DNA of 63,740 bases, the filler included, from Salisapilia sapeloensis CBS 127946 (Eukaryota; Protista; Oomycota), in assembly GCA_023334545.1 (NCBI GenBank). It is 7 parts of 7 records of this genome, joined end to end, with 100 filler letters (N's around TTAATTAATTAA, not from the genome) between each part and the next. Parts side by side here need not be neighbours in the genome. Positions count along the whole stretch, not along the records: positions 1 to 21,409 come from JAADVB010000286.1; positions 21,510 to 44,898 come from JAADVB010000266.1; 5 more parts are not named here. The stretch is one strand, 5' to 3'. The notes under the pieces are model-generated. The model was not told the DNA's origin. It was given only the letters and a program-made list of their open reading frames with translations, and did not search any database. Both the position numbers and the translations under genes were made by a program. Positions 11,224 through 23,723 of this stretch are shown piece after piece. Each line of letters starts with the position of its first letter. Positions within the stretch are counted from its first letter, which is position 1.

Positions 11224-11931
11224 CTACAAAACGAAAGAAAGAGTTTTTATCGTCGATGCACGAAGGATACGAAGCGCGACGCCGAGCGACACCCACACTA
11301 GAATTGTACCAGCCGCGAATGTCACCATGTAGAACAACTCATTCCGACCGACTCGCCAACATTTCTTCTTCCCTCCTTTCTTATTGCCACTGAACGGTAC
11401 ATAGATCGTCAAAATCGGTTCCTGTAACCTCTTCTCTTCCTGTCGGAGCCTATTCACTTCACTCTCTTCTCTCACCCATGCACGTATCGTCGCTTGGAGC
11501 TGAATCAACTGCATATACTCTTTATTTGCCTCTTCCATAGATGGCAGTTTCCGTAGTGGATGGTCGCTTTGTTCCTCTATCTCTTCGCCCTCTTCGTCCT
11601 CCTCTCCATCGTCCTCCTCCTCATCCACCGTAGAGCTAATCATGTCATCCAAAGGACCACCAATCGAGTCACTTTCATGCTTCTTCCGCATCGCTTGCCT
11701 CTGTGACGGTGACAGCATCGTGTCTTCTGTATCCGAAGCATCGGAATCACTAACGTCATTCAGCTGCTGATTCGGGTGGCGTTCCGCAAGGTGCGTTGGA
11801 ATACAGTTCCCACAAACGACGGAGATACAAAAGGGGCACTTCTTACGCTTCAACAGCATCCTCTTACTACACTGGTCACATCGTCTCGAGGCCGAGAACT
11901 GCTCTCGACGTTCGCGTAGATGGGCCCTCAT
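11224..11931 (-). CDS. Hypothetical protein: N-terminal Cys/His zinc finger, acidic tract, coiled coil, C-terminal TM helix
   Basis: 235-aa ATG ORF with CDQC-x10-CPFC-x4-CGNC-x3-H-x4-H and a hydrophobic tail ELFYMVTFAAGTILVWVSLGVALRIL. Confidence 0.75.
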   Translation of the reverse strand: MRAHLRERREQFSASRRCDQCSKRMLLKRKKCPFCISVVCGNCIPTHLAERHPNQQLNDVSDSDASDTEDTMLSPSQRQAMRKKHESDSIGGPLDDMISSTVDEEEDDGEEDEEGEEIEEQSDHPLRKLPSMEEANKEYMQLIQLQATIRAWVREESEVNRLRQEEKRLQEPILTIYVPFSGNKKGGKKKCWRVGRNELFYMVTFAAGTILVWVSLGVALRILRASTIKTLSFVL

Positions 11932-12107
11932 TCTGTCTTTTTCGCTTTGTTGTCAAATTTTGTTGATGGGCAAATTGACTTGGCCTCAGTATGCCTCCAA
12001 CTTCAATGTACAGATCTTGAAGAGATGTAAATACCTCCATCCGTTACATTGTCACCACTTTCTCCTCATCGTCGTCCTCACTTTCCACTCCCTTCGATCT
12101 AGCAAAG

Positions 12108-12782
12108 ATGGTCGAGATGTCGGATAGGAAGTTTAGATGCATATGTGGACTGTTAAGCTTGTCATCTGCTCTTACAGGTGGTGCACTCTGCGCATTGTGT
12201 TGTATCGGCTTGGCACAAAAGTCTCCTGACGGATCTCCCAACTCGGACTTTTTCAGCACTCAGAACGCTATCATCCGTTGCTTGTGCATCCTTGGCATCC
12301 TTTTGGGTGCAATGCTATGTCTAGCTGAAAGTGGCTTATCCATCTTTCTCAACCTCTTTGGGTTCCTACGTTACCACGTCGGCAAAGCTCTCACCTTTGC
12401 GCTCTGTGGTGTTCTCACCGCTTCACTCGGTCGTTCATTACGGATGCAATGCGACTGCCGTCGATACGACCCCCTCTTGGGTGAAGGCATTGCCTGCGTC
12501 GCAGTTGCCTGTGCCCAAGTGATCGCCATTCTGTCTTGCTCGAGTCCAGCGAGCAGAAGGCCTTCCACCACTCGTCGTCGCGAAACGGAAGAAGAGGAGG
12601 AAGAAAGAGTGCTTCATCGTATAAAGCAGCGTGAAAGACGACATACCAAGTCTTACGTGCCTCAGGACATAGTAGAAGAAGGGCCTCCAGCTTCCAAGCA
12701 AGACACGGTTCGTCACGAGACGACTACAGAGGCTGAATCGACACCACCGACATCCGATATGCCGACTTGGATGCAAGTTTAA
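12108..12782 (+). CDS. Multi-pass membrane protein, probably COPI-associated/TVP15-like
   Basis: About 4 TM segments and LFGFLRYHVGKALTFALCG, resembling the family FGFL...GR/K...F motif, followed by a disordered C-tail. Confidence 0.65.
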   Translation: MVEMSDRKFRCICGLLSLSSALTGGALCALCCIGLAQKSPDGSPNSDFFSTQNAIIRCLCILGILLGAMLCLAESGLSIFLNLFGFLRYHVGKALTFALCGVLTASLGRSLRMQCDCRRYDPLLGEGIACVAVACAQVIAILSCSSPASRRPSTTRRRETEEEEEERVLHRIKQRERRHTKSYVPQDIVEEGPPASKQDTVRHETTTEAESTPPTSDMPTWMQV

Positions 12783-12824
12783 CTCAAAGACAACTTGGCC
12801 ACAGATCTAAAAGAAAGAAAAAAC

Positions 12825-14697
12825 TTAAAGCACTTTGCCATTGTACACGAGCTGATTAATCTTCTCTGGCAGTAACTCTTTCATCTCTTCACAAATCATC
12901 AACTCAGCTTCAAATTGCTGCTCAATCGATTCCGTCGCACCCGGTCCAGCCTTTTGCCCATCCTTCTTCTGAAACTGTTTCACTAGTTCCACCACAGCTT
13001 CATGGCATTGCAAACTTGTCTTCCAAAAGCCCACTGTCTTCTGCACTTCACCAGGGAACATGACATTCCCACTCACTCTCGCCAGTGCAAAGTACCCGAC
13101 TAGCAGCGACCGGACGTCACTCGCATCCGAGTCACTGGATGGTAACTCGACGTTTCGTCCCATCGGCACTTCCTTATTGGACGGATAGAAGAGATGCAAA
13201 TACTGCTGATAACTACTCACGGCCTGGATCGCATACCCATTCGCTTTCTCTCGTCCACCTTCCTGTTCCATCTTCAAGTCAAACAAATTCGCACAGATCT
13301 CACCACATTCATAAAACAATTCTTGGACGAGACTGATAAAGGCCGTTGGATTCAACTCCTGCGTCAGTGGTGTCAACAAGTTTAAACGACGTCGTTGCAT
13401 CCCAATCTTCCGTTTTAACGATTCTTCCCACCCTAGTAAACGCTTGTACAATCGACTTTCCAACTGGATAATATTGACGTGAGAAGATACATGTCCGTCC
13501 AAAACGTAGTACTCGAGAGCTTTTTCCGTATACGCGAATGCTTTTCGAAAGACTTCTCGTGCCTGATCAAAGGACTGGATCTTGCTCAAATCCACGGAAT
13601 CCGCTTCTAACGACAACTTGTCTAGAGAACGAAGAGTCAAGAACTTGGTTTGAGATGCACGACTCGTTTGTTTATCTTCTAGCTCGGATAATTGCAATAG
13701 ACGATGGTAGACAGTCGCATACGCAATGTCTTTATCAGCATTCACCTGCTTCACATCTTCGGACTGATTGTATTTCGTCAGAACGTAGTCACAAGCCTTT
13801 AGACACGTCATGGCGTCCTGTAGTTCGTCTGCTTCTTGGAAAAATTCAACGATACGTAAAGCATTGCGAGCCCATTCGATGGCGTCGTGGCTTTGATCAA
13901 CGTCCGATCGACTCTCCATCTGATCTAACTGGTATTCTAATGTCGCGAGACAGTATTTTGCGGACTCATCTGGGAGATCGAGAATGCCATAGAGCTGAGC
14001 TAAGAAGAAATGCGTTTGGATCGTTACTTCCAGACACTTTAGACTGTCCACTTGTGATGTCTCGAGGACCTGTTCTCCTGCATGAAGGTAGCACAAGGCT
14101 TTCATCGGTTGGGATCGGTTCGACCATAGAAAACCGAGTTGATTCAGCACTTCCATCGCGTAGACGATGTGGGAGTTGGTCGTTTGGTACTCGATCTGAT
14201 TCAGGTCCTGGATAAGCTTCGAGATTTGTTCTAGGCTAACGGACGTAGCGTCGGTGTCTGGAAGGTTTTTAACGAATGTCATGAGCGAAGGGAAGAAGAA
14301 AGACGCAGCTGCTTCCAGTTCTGGTTGGGCATCTACAAGTATAAACGCTAGTATCTAAAGTAGATCATAAGAAGCGTGAAATCAGTACTATGCGGCTCTT
14401 CGACTTGAATGTACAGTGCCCCCAGCCGTCCTTTCATCGCAGCTTCATCCTACACCACCCCTTATAAGCCCATATCAACAGATACCGCATACAAGCGACG
14501 TACCGCTTGGGAAGGTTTGGATTCTAGTGCCTTGCGTAGGATTTCAATCGCTTTATACGCCGATGCATGTGGTTGGTCTTCTGGACTCTCAGCCTACTAT
14601 CTCATCAGGACACTTGCCTAGACTTTTCTCGTACTACTCCTACATTTGCTGCTTCTTGCGCGTGGTACAGCACATCCTGCATATCCGTCGACTCCAT
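12825..14697 (-). CDS. KIFBP: KIF-binding protein (KBP) homolog, 4 exons, 570 aa
   Basis: KBP_C-like FDQAREVF...ALEYYVLDGHVSSHV...KRKIGMQRRRLNLL...ELNP. Introns 14594-14643, 14450-14503 and 14333-14388 add an in-frame N-terminus (PEDQPHASAYKAIEIL...LGALYIQVEE) resembling the KBP N-terminus. Confidence 0.85.
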
Positions 14698-14931
14698 CGT
14701 CCTGTTTATTGGATTCCGTCTTTTAACCCCTGTCAAGCTCCTGCCCATACTTTGTTCAAGTGAATACATTTTTGGCCATTCAATCCGGATCGAACACGGT
14801 ATTATCAGTCAAGTCAGACTTCCCATCCACCCTACGACGTCCACACGCCATCCCTCGCATCGCCATTGCATACAAGTCTTTGAAAACATCCTCTTTATTC
14901 CATCTTATCAACGACCTATAAACAACAAGTC

Positions 14932-16629
14932 ATGTGGGCGACGCAAGACTCCCTTTCCACCACCTTTGGCAGCTCCGCCGGAACGAATGCTAGTACGAAC
15001 ACGTTAAACAATTCCATCACAGCAAACCCACCATCATCTACGGATGTATGGGCCTTTCGCACCCACGCACCATCCACTGCATCCGCTTCGACCAACTTTG
15101 GTGCATCCTCACTACGTTTTCCATGGACACGACTCGCACCGGAAGAAGAGGAACGTGAAGAAGAAGCACTACCGTCCTACTTATCCTACCTCCAACCGTC
15201 TCTCGATGCCAACCTAAGTATCCCAGAAGACGCTACACGCACTAACTATGGCAGTATGCAGCAATCCGCAAAAGCGCCAGTCTTCACGCCAGTCGGTCAG
15301 GACAGTAAAATCAGCATGAGCGACTTGGACTTGTCTCACCGTCGCGAGGCTCATAAGGCAGCATCCGCCATCGAGTCCAAGTCGATGGAGTTCGCAGGTG
15401 CCGTCCAACAATTCATCCTCGATCAACTCCCGTCGACCTATCCCACCGCTGCTAAGCCGCACTATTGTCAATGTGAACATCGCGTCTCGGAGCTCGAAGC
15501 ACAGGTACAGACACTCCAGTCGCAACTATCTACCCTTCTCCAGAACCAGCAAAGTCCAAACTACGCGAGTGGTGCTGCATCCCCAACAACCAACGCCCTA
15601 GGTGACCGCGTATCGACGTTAGAAGGTCGACAAAGTGCCTTCCAGTCGCAACTAGCGCAGATCTCCAAAGTCCTTGGCGTCCCCGTCGGGAAGCATGGTA
15701 AGCACAGTCAGATCAAGACATTAACGCAGACGCTACGTGAAGAAATTGATACAAAAATCACTGCTGGTACACTCTCTCTTGTCTATCTACTTGTATCGGT
15801 CTAATGCCTGTCGATAGCAACGGCTGATCTCGAGGATAAATGCGCTTCCTCTGTCTTTCATGACGTGAAGCAATTCGCGACGTCTGCCATCCAAGAGCAG
15901 TTATCGAATCAACGGACGGAATCGACGTCATCGAGAGACTCCTTACCGTCCGATGCTGTCTTAGGTGCCTTAGCAGAAGAACATAACGCGGCGATTAATC
16001 AACTCAGTGCGTACGTTCATGAACGTTTGAATCGAGAGAGCCGAGTGCGACAGGAACTCGAGACGAGAGTCAAAGACAAGATGAGTGAACAGGAAGAATG
16101 GTTGCAACAGCTCGAAGGGGAGTGTGGGTCATGGCAAGAAACGTCGGCGAGCGTCTCTGCTAAGATCCATGCGCTCGAGTCTCGACTATCGGCGGAAGAT
16201 AAAGCACAGGACAGTATCAAGACTGTACAGGCACAAGTGAAGCAATTGTATCAAAGGGTTGCGGAGTGGAAGGAGACACTGACGTTTGTCGAGCACCAGT
16301 CGAGTACGAACGCGCAGAGTCTACAGGAGCTGACGAAGCGTAGTGATGGCGTGAAACAACTTGTCGAAAAGGTCGTACGGGAAACCGGGAGTGCCGAAGA
16401 ACTGCTGCAACAGTACGTGAGTACCATTACGCACCAGGTCGCAAGCATCACGCGCCAGTACGTCGGTATACGCATTCGAGACAATAATCGACTGATCGAC
16501 GCGACGTTAAAGGCACGCGTACCTGTCTACAATGAGACGGAGGACGATAAGCATTTGCTCGTGATGCCATCCGACAGTCCCGAGCTACCAGAGGAACAAG
16601 TGTTGGATCGACTTCTACAACACAGCTGA
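14932..16629 (+). CDS. Hypothetical coiled-coil protein, 2 exons, 548 aa
   Basis: Intron 15767-15817 (GTACAC...CTAAT...ATAG) joins ORFs 14932-15804 and 15865-16629 in frame. Long heptad-rich segments. Confidence 0.8.
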
Positions 16630-16700
16630 GACGTTGGACATTTTAATTTTGAAAGATAAAAAGCGCACTTAGCGTCCGCTACCCAATGTTCTGTAAGCTC

Positions 16701-17921
16701 CTACAATTCATCCTTTTCATCCGCCTTTTCTTCGTCGTCGTCCTCCTCTTCGTCCTCCTTGTCCTCCTTGTCTTCCTTGTCTTCTTCCGCAGCCTTTTGC
16801 TTTTCCAATTCCTCCTCACGCTTCGCCTTCATCTCCTTGGTCTTCTCCACCACTTGCTCCTCGTGCTTGGTGAAAGCGTCCTTGTCGTCCGTCACGAGAA
16901 TGTCGTCGAAGACCGTGCCGCTCGTCACCTGCCACAGCTCAAAGCCAACGGCACCAACGTTCTTGGCAACGTTGTGCATCTTGTCGTCTTCAAAGTACGC
17001 CGGGTTCGGGATCATCGGGTGCACCCACTCGCCCTTGTACTCAGGGTTGGCAATCATCTTCGGCTTCCACTCGCCCTTGTACTCGGGGTTGTCAATCATC
17101 GGCGGCTCCCACTCGCCATCGTCTTCGTCGTCCCAGTCCTCAGGCTTCTCCGCCTCCGGGTCCGGGATCGCCTTAGGAATATCATCGTATCCCGCTGGCT
17201 TGACGTCTTCGGGGTCCGGAATCTCCTTATCATCGACCCAGTCTTCAGGCTTCGAAGCCTCTGGATCTTTGATCTCCTTTGGCGGCTGGAAGTCCCATCC
17301 CTTTGCCAATTCGCCACTCTTGACGCTTTCACCGTCAATACGCACGTCGTACGTGTTGTCCTTGCCAATGACCAAAGAGTAGACGTGTGCATCAGTGTCG
17401 CTTTCACACTTGATCTGGGACTTGGTTTCAAGGTTCTCTGGCTCCTCATTCGGCTTCTGGTATGTCAAAATTGCGTGCGTCTTCTTCGTTGAACCGCAAA
17501 TGTCCGGTCCGAACATGATGCTGTAATCGGACTCGCCACCAAACGCTTCCTGGTCAACAGAGCTCGGCAAAAGCTTAATGTACGATCCACCGCAGTCCAT
17601 CTTCTTCTCATGCTGCACAAGGTACGAAACGTACAGGTCCTTGTCCAAGTTGTTGAGCGTCTTGCCTTCCGGGAATTTCGCAGATAGACCGTAGAAGCGA
17701 GCGTCTTCCGACGTCTTAATCGCCTTGTCTCCCGCGCGCGCTTCGGGCATGTCGCGCGGATCGACTTGTTCAAACGCGCCGATCTCTTCCGCAGGTTTCC
17801 ATGACGATTGGACCCATCGAGAGCTCCAGTCAGCGTCGTTAAAGTCTTCTTGGAAGTAGATTTCAGCAGATGCAGTCGCCAATGAGGCGGCCGCGAGTGA
17901 CAGAATGAGCTTGGTCAACAT
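16701..17921 (-). CDS. CALR: Calreticulin
   Basis: Signal peptide, MDCGGSYIK, IMFGPDICG, P-domain repeats (KPEDWDD, GEWKP), acidic tail and C-terminal KDEL. Confidence 0.98.
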   Translation of the reverse strand: MLTKLILSLAAASLATASAEIYFQEDFNDADWSSRWVQSSWKPAEEIGAFEQVDPRDMPEARAGDKAIKTSEDARFYGLSAKFPEGKTLNNLDKDLYVSYLVQHEKKMDCGGSYIKLLPSSVDQEAFGGESDYSIMFGPDICGSTKKTHAILTYQKPNEEPENLETKSQIKCESDTDAHVYSLVIGKDNTYDVRIDGESVKSGELAKGWDFQPPKEIKDPEASKPEDWVDDKEIPDPEDVKPAGYDDIPKAIPDPEAEKPEDWDDEDDGEWEPPMIDNPEYKGEWKPKMIANPEYKGEWVHPMIPNPAYFEDDKMHNVAKNVGAVGFELWQVTSGTVFDDILVTDDKDAFTKHEEQVVEKTKEMKAKREEELEKQKAAEEDKEDKEDKEDEEEDDDEEKADEKDEL

Positions 17922-18459
17922 GCTCGAGATCGTGCCGTTTGTGTCTTGTGCGGAAGATCGGGAAATGAAGTATAGTCAAGTCAAGTGGACTGGAGGCGGC
18001 TACGTGGCGCCTTTTGAAAGAATGTGAAAGCTTAAGAAAAAGAAGGCCTTGCACACGTGTTGCTTGGAGGCATCGGAAGGAGATAGAAGCATGAGGTATG
18101 AAGGAGATCGAGATAGATAGAATAGTGATAGAGGTTGCAAGGCATAGCGGTGAAAGACACGTTGACAATGGACAAAGTATGAAAGAGAGGAAAAGGACTG
18201 ATTCCAACTTCAAGTTCCAGAAGCTACGACGTCTCTACGAAGAGAATGTCATATCTGCAGCGATGCAGATGCTTTTGGATAGGCACAAAGCTAGAATGAA
18301 GCGATGCATGCCTTTATGACGACTAGCAAGTACTCGTAGACGAGTTATTCCTAGATATGCATATCATAAATAAGCGGACATTATTAATATAAATAAGAGG
18401 AGAACTGTCCACGTACGTGTTTGCCGCCAACGCCATTGACCGGAAGGCGCCAATTCGGG

Positions 18460-21257
18460 ATGGCGGAGGAGGAGGAGAATGCTCGTATCTCGGCTATAGT
18501 CAACTCGCTCCAATCGAGTGGAAGTGAGAATGAAGACGGACAGTCTTCGCCAGCACGCAAGCGCCGTCGTCTACGTCATGGCTCTGGTCCAGCCATGGAC
18601 GACGAGACTCGAGCGACGCAAGTGGCGTCGGATGACGATGATGATTTCGGAGACCAGGCTGAAGTACTTGAAGAAGAGGTGATAGACGAGTTGGACCTAC
18701 AAGAACGTGAACGGCAGTACTTTTCAGAAGACGAGGAAGAGCAGGATGATGGCGAAGATCTAGCTGAAAACGCCGAGCAGGATTATCGACGCATGGAGAC
18801 GTTGGATCGATACGATACGCGTATGCTAGATGAGCGACAGTACGATGCCATGGACGTCGATACTCGTCGACAGGTCGAAGAAGAGCTAGAACGACGTGAT
18901 GCGAGAGAAGGTCGCGTCGCTCAAGTGTTGCGTGAAGACCAGGAAGAAGAACGAGACGATGCACATCGTCGTCGTTTCCGTCGACAGGATGAAGACGCGC
19001 CGGAAGCAGAGGAAGAGGATGAAGTGATCAATCTAGAGCACTTTGACGTACCACTTCGAGAATGGATCGCATCCGAGCGTCCTCGAAACGAGATTAAGCG
19101 ACGATTTGTATGCTTATTCCTACTTCTTCCGACGATAGACGCTAACATGTACCTTAGAAAACGTTCCTGAACACTTTCACGGACGCCCACGGTCGAGTCG
19201 TCTACCACGAGAAGATCGTCGAGATGGCACAACGGAATGAGCAGTCTCTAGAGCTCGCGATCGGAGACGTCATCCACTCGCTATCGGTGCTCGCTGCTTG
19301 GATCGTCGAAGCACCGAGAGAGATGCTCGCGTTACTAGACGAAGTAGCGAAAGAAGTCGTGCTGCGTCTCTTTCCGTACTACGATACGATCCACCACGAC
19401 ATCTTCGTACGTATTCGAGACCTACCAGGTACAGAACGTCTTCGAGACTTACGCACAGCCCACTTGCATTTCCTTATTAAAGTCTCTGGCGTCGTCACTC
19501 GTCGAACGTCTGTCTTTCCTCAGTTGAAACTCGTGAAGCTAAACTGTCCGTCCTGTGGCGCCGTCCTCGGTCCATTTACTCAAAACGCACATGAAGAGCT
19601 CAAGCTCAATGCATGTCCCGACTGCCAGCACAAAGGTCCTTTTCCAGTGAATAACGAGCACACAGTGTATCGTAACTACCAGAAGCTGACGCTGCAAGAG
19701 TCTCCCGGGAGCGTCCCACCCGGTCGCGTGCCTCGTAGCAAAGATGTTGTCTTGATCGGAGACCTGATCGACCACGCGCGACCTGGAGATGAAGTCGCTG
19801 TCACTGGCATCTATACAAACACGCCGGATCCGACGCTCAATCTACGCGACGGCTTCCCCGTCTTCCGGACAGTCATCGAAGCGAATCACGTCGAGCGTCG
19901 AGCAGACGTCTTAGGCTCTCAACTCTTGACAAGTGAAGATAAGAAACGCATTCTGAAGCTCGCCAAGCATCCGAATATCGCTCAATTGATCGTCAATTCG
20001 ATCGCACCGTCCATCTACGGACATACGCAAGTGAAAACAGCGTTGGCACTAAGTCTCTTTGGTGGCAAACCAAAGTTCATTCGAAATACTCGCGTTCGAG
20101 GTGACTTGAATATCCTCATGGTCGGTGATCCAGGCACAGCCAAGAGTCAATTCCTAAAGTTTTGTAAACAAACGGCACCGAGAGCTGTGTATACGACAGG
20201 CAAAGGTGCTTCAGCCGTTGGTCTTACGGCTGGTGTCGCGAGAGACCCGTTCTCGAAAGAGTGGGTGCTCCAAGGTGGTGCACTTGTCCTAGCCGATCGA
20301 GGCGTCTGTCTTATCGATGAGTTCGATAAGATGAATGAACAGGATCGGACGAGTATACACGAAGCGATGGAGCAGCAGAGCATCTCTGTCTCGAAAGCTG
20401 GCATCGTCACATCTTTACAAGCTCGATGTGCCGTCATGGCAGCAGCAAACCCCATCGGAGGTCGATATAATGCCGCTCGGACGTTCTCTGAGAATGTCGA
20501 GCTGACAGATCCGATTCTCCAACGCTTTGACATTCTATGTGTCCTCCAGGATCGTGTCGATCCGGTGAACGACGAGCGGCTCGCTGACTTTGTCGTGTCG
20601 TCTCATGTAAAAAGCAATCCGCATGCCTCTTCCAATGTCGAGGAAGAGGAGAAGGATGGACTGTTACTAGACCAGGAGACACTGCGCAAGTACCTCTTGT
20701 ACGCTCGGACGTATGTGAATCCGGTTCTAGGACCAGACGTTGATACGCGTAAAGTCGAGACGTTCTACGCCCAGCTACGAAGAGCTTCGCAGCATACTGG
20801 TGCCGTGCCGATTGCTGTTCGACACCTCGAATCGCTCTTCCGAATGGCTGAAGCACATGCGAGGATGCATTTACGAGAGAACGTGACGGATGATGACGTT
20901 GGAATGGCTATCCGAGTACTTACGGAAAGTCTGTGCACTGCGCAGAAAGCAGCCTTCCGACGACAGTGGAGACGGCTCTTCCGACCATACTTGACGTATC
21001 GACAAGATAATAATGTCTTGTTGCTGCATGTCTTGCAGGAACTCTTCCAAGCGGCACATACATACGAAAACTTACGACGACAGACACAGGGGAAGAATGC
21101 TCAGCCGACGACATTGACAGTCCAGACGTCGGACTTGTTAGCGAAAGCGAAGGCTGTGGGTGTCTATGACTTAAGCGAGTTCTTCCAGTCGCACGAGTTT
21201 GCTAAGCAAGGGTTTCAACTGGATGACGAGATGCTGACTATTGCCAAGGAACTTTAA
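18460..21257 (+). CDS. MCM2: DNA replication licensing factor MCM2, 2 exons, 915 aa
   Basis: Acidic MCM2 N-terminus (DLAENAEQDYRRMETLDRY), zinc finger CPSC...CPDC, Walker A GDPGTAKSQ, Walker B CLIDEFDKM, and AVRHLES. Intron 19108-19157. Confidence 0.97.
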
Positions 21258-21409
21258 AGGAATAAACGCTTTTATCGGAGATGTATTTGTGTTTAGTGGT
21301 CGTGAGAATGTTTTCGCATAAATATGCAAGGGCACGCTACGTTGGACGCTACGACGTCTAGACGGTCTGTCGAGTCGCGTAGACGTATTGGAACCGATGC
21401 GACACGGTG

Positions 21410-21509
21410 NNNNNNNNNNNNNNNNNNNNNNNNNNNNNNNNNNNNNNNNNNNNTTAATTAATTAANNNNNNNNNNNNNNNNNNNNNNNNNNNNNNNNNNN
21501 NNNNNNNNN
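21410..21509. other. Artificial contig spacer (44 N + TTAATTAATTAA + 44 N)
   Basis: Fixed 100-nt structure with stop codons in all six frames, repeated identically six times in the window. Confidence 0.99.
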
Positions 21510-21944
21510 CTTACGGCCTTCAGGCGTGACAGCCCAGCTAGACGTGTCAGCCTGGATGTCGCTAGAGGACACAGGAGCCTGGTTGTTCGGCTGGTTGGAG
21601 CTGTGGTTCACACGGCCAGTGTGCCACAACTGGACGAAGACCTTACCACCTTTGTCATGGATGGCTTTCGTTACAGGTTTCCACGACTCGACCTGGCCTT
21701 CAGTGTAGATACCAGGTGACCGGTAGTAACCTTTAGCAGTGGCACTGGGACTAGTTCCTTCAGCTACAATCAGGCCGCCATCAGTAGAACGCTGGGAATA
21801 ATAAGTGGCAGTCATGGTGGGTTGCTCTCCGGCGTTATTGGCACGAAGTCGCGTACACGGAGCGTAGACGACACGGTGCTTGAGCTCAATCGGGTTTTTG
21901 CCTCCAAGCTTGAATGGAGTGAAAAGTTTCGGCGTAGTGGTCAT
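21510..21944 (-). CDS. Old Yellow Enzyme (NADH:flavin oxidoreductase/OPR family), 3' end lost at the contig edge
   Basis: LFTPFKLG, LKHRVVYAPCTRLRA, YYSQRSTDGGLIVAEGT and GGKVFVQLWHTGR. Confidence 0.93.
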
Positions 21945-21978
21945 TGTTGTTGCTGATGGTGCTGGTGCTGTCGATGAT

Positions 21979-21994
21979 GGAAATTTGTAAATGA
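21979..21994 (-). promoter_or_regulatory. INR+FPR-like core promoter of the OYE gene
   Basis: The minus strand reads TCATTTA-CA-AATTTCC with the same spacing as the RPL10A element, about 50 nt upstream of the ATG. Confidence 0.6.
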
Positions 21995-22434
21995 GGTTTC
22001 CGAGTTCGTGCCTGTGCTGCTTCCATATACAGGGTGCCTATCTTTCTTGATAAAAATCGCAGTCGATATCCCATACCGGTCAGTATATTACGTAGCTGAG
22101 GATACGACAATCGTTATTCTGTTGATGACGCAACTAGCATGCAAAGCAAGAAGTTACCACAAACTTTGCATGAGCAGTTAGTACTTGAACCTAAATCCTT
22201 TGTATCAGTATTCATCAGCTTCAGGCTTAAAATTTTGATCTGCTTAGCCCATGAAACTTGCTGCCCAAGTTTCCAATTGAAGTGATACGTCTTTTTCGTC
22301 ACCCACTCTATAGTTCAAATTCATCCAAAGCTTCATGTCCATGCTCACCTGTATCTTATTACTTCAGACACCCGGAAATGTCTTTTTATATCATCAGTGA
22401 GTTTCAAAACATCAAAAGGTTGAGTAACGTTTAG

Positions 22435-23662
22435 ATGGAGACGAAAAAGCTGCGGAATGACGTATCCAAAGTAGTTGGTACGCCTATCTTTGACGATGCT
22501 TTCAAGCACTTTGATGAAGGAGACGAGTAAAATTTTGCATCAGCGCGATATATTAAACAAATATTAACTTTGGTTTCATATGCTTATAGCACGATGGGGG
22601 CACACAAAGTGGGTCAATTCCTCATCGAATTAGGCTTTGAGGCTCCACCAAAGGTAGTAGATATAGCTTTAGATGAAATGGATCCGGATGCTACCGGGGT
22701 CGTATCGAAAGTAAAGAAGTTTACTTTAAAAGGCATAGATTAAAATCGGACTAAATAATGTCTAGGAACGGATCTTAGCATGGCTGGAAGGCTACTCATT
22801 TGAAATGGAACCAGCAAGTCGATCGAGCTCTGGTATTTCCCAATGCTCCACCTTGAGTACAAAACAATCAAGACCTATGACGAAGCCACGGAAAGAGAAT
22901 CCGATGCTTGCTATCCGTATGAAAGTAAAGACAGCTGAAAAGGATATCGAGTTACTTCGAAATCGTCTACTCCACCTTCAAAATGAAGAAGAGAAGACGC
23001 AAAAGAGTATTGAAGGCGCTCGAAAGCGAGCAGACGAAGTCATTGATCTCAAAGATAAGAAGCGGTTGCATCAAGAATTAAAAGCTGAATGGAAAAAGGA
23101 ATTAGAGGAAGACATCAAATGCTTGAGCCAACAGAATGGTACTATCAGCATACTCTCGGCTACATCTATGCGTATCATATCTAATTATTTACCTAGCGAT
23201 ACGCAAGGCTGAGCATCGAGAAAGGAAAAGTCAAATGCAGTCAGAATTGTATCTCCTCAAGTCAGCGATTGTGGAACAAACACGAAATGAAAAACAGCAC
23301 CATTCGGCCATAATCGCAAATGAGCGTGAAAGAGATCGAGAGGAAAAGAGTCTCATTTCCATCCAAACACGTGAGAAGGAACGCGCGGCCAAAATAAAGA
23401 GAGAGGAGGAACAGATCATTTACTTGAACTCACTGGATGAAAAGGCAAAAGAAAGGATGCAAAAGCAGCTTGAGAAAATGGTAATTCATATGAAACACAT
23501 AGTCTCTTTCTTTTAAAGTAAAAACGTTCGTTGCAGGCCGTTGCAGAGGAGATCATCAAGAAGATGGAAGAGGAAGAATCGGAAATGATTGAAAGAGTGC
23601 GCATTTCCAAAGAAATGCAGCGATCGGCCTTTGATCATTTGGAAGCCATGATGGACGATTAG
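22435..23662 (+). CDS. Hypothetical protein with degenerate EF-hand-like N-terminus and long coiled coil, 5 exons, 331 aa
   Basis: Introns 22527-22589, 22711-22765, 23139-23196 and 23481-23536 give an open CDS. It contains DAFKHFDEGDDTMG and ALDEMDPDATGVVSKERILAW (EF-hand-like loop). Confidence 0.75.
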
Positions 23663-23723
23663 TCTACTGCACGACAGCTTTGCTATTTCATTCTACGATA
23701 GATACTATCAAGTGAGGGAGAAA

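Noticed and set aside
21354-21386. Hairpin ACGTCTA...TAGACGT near the contig end (possible transposon or Helitron terminus)
   Set aside because: Only a 7-bp stem in CG/TA-rich sequence, with no diagnostic terminus or second copy.
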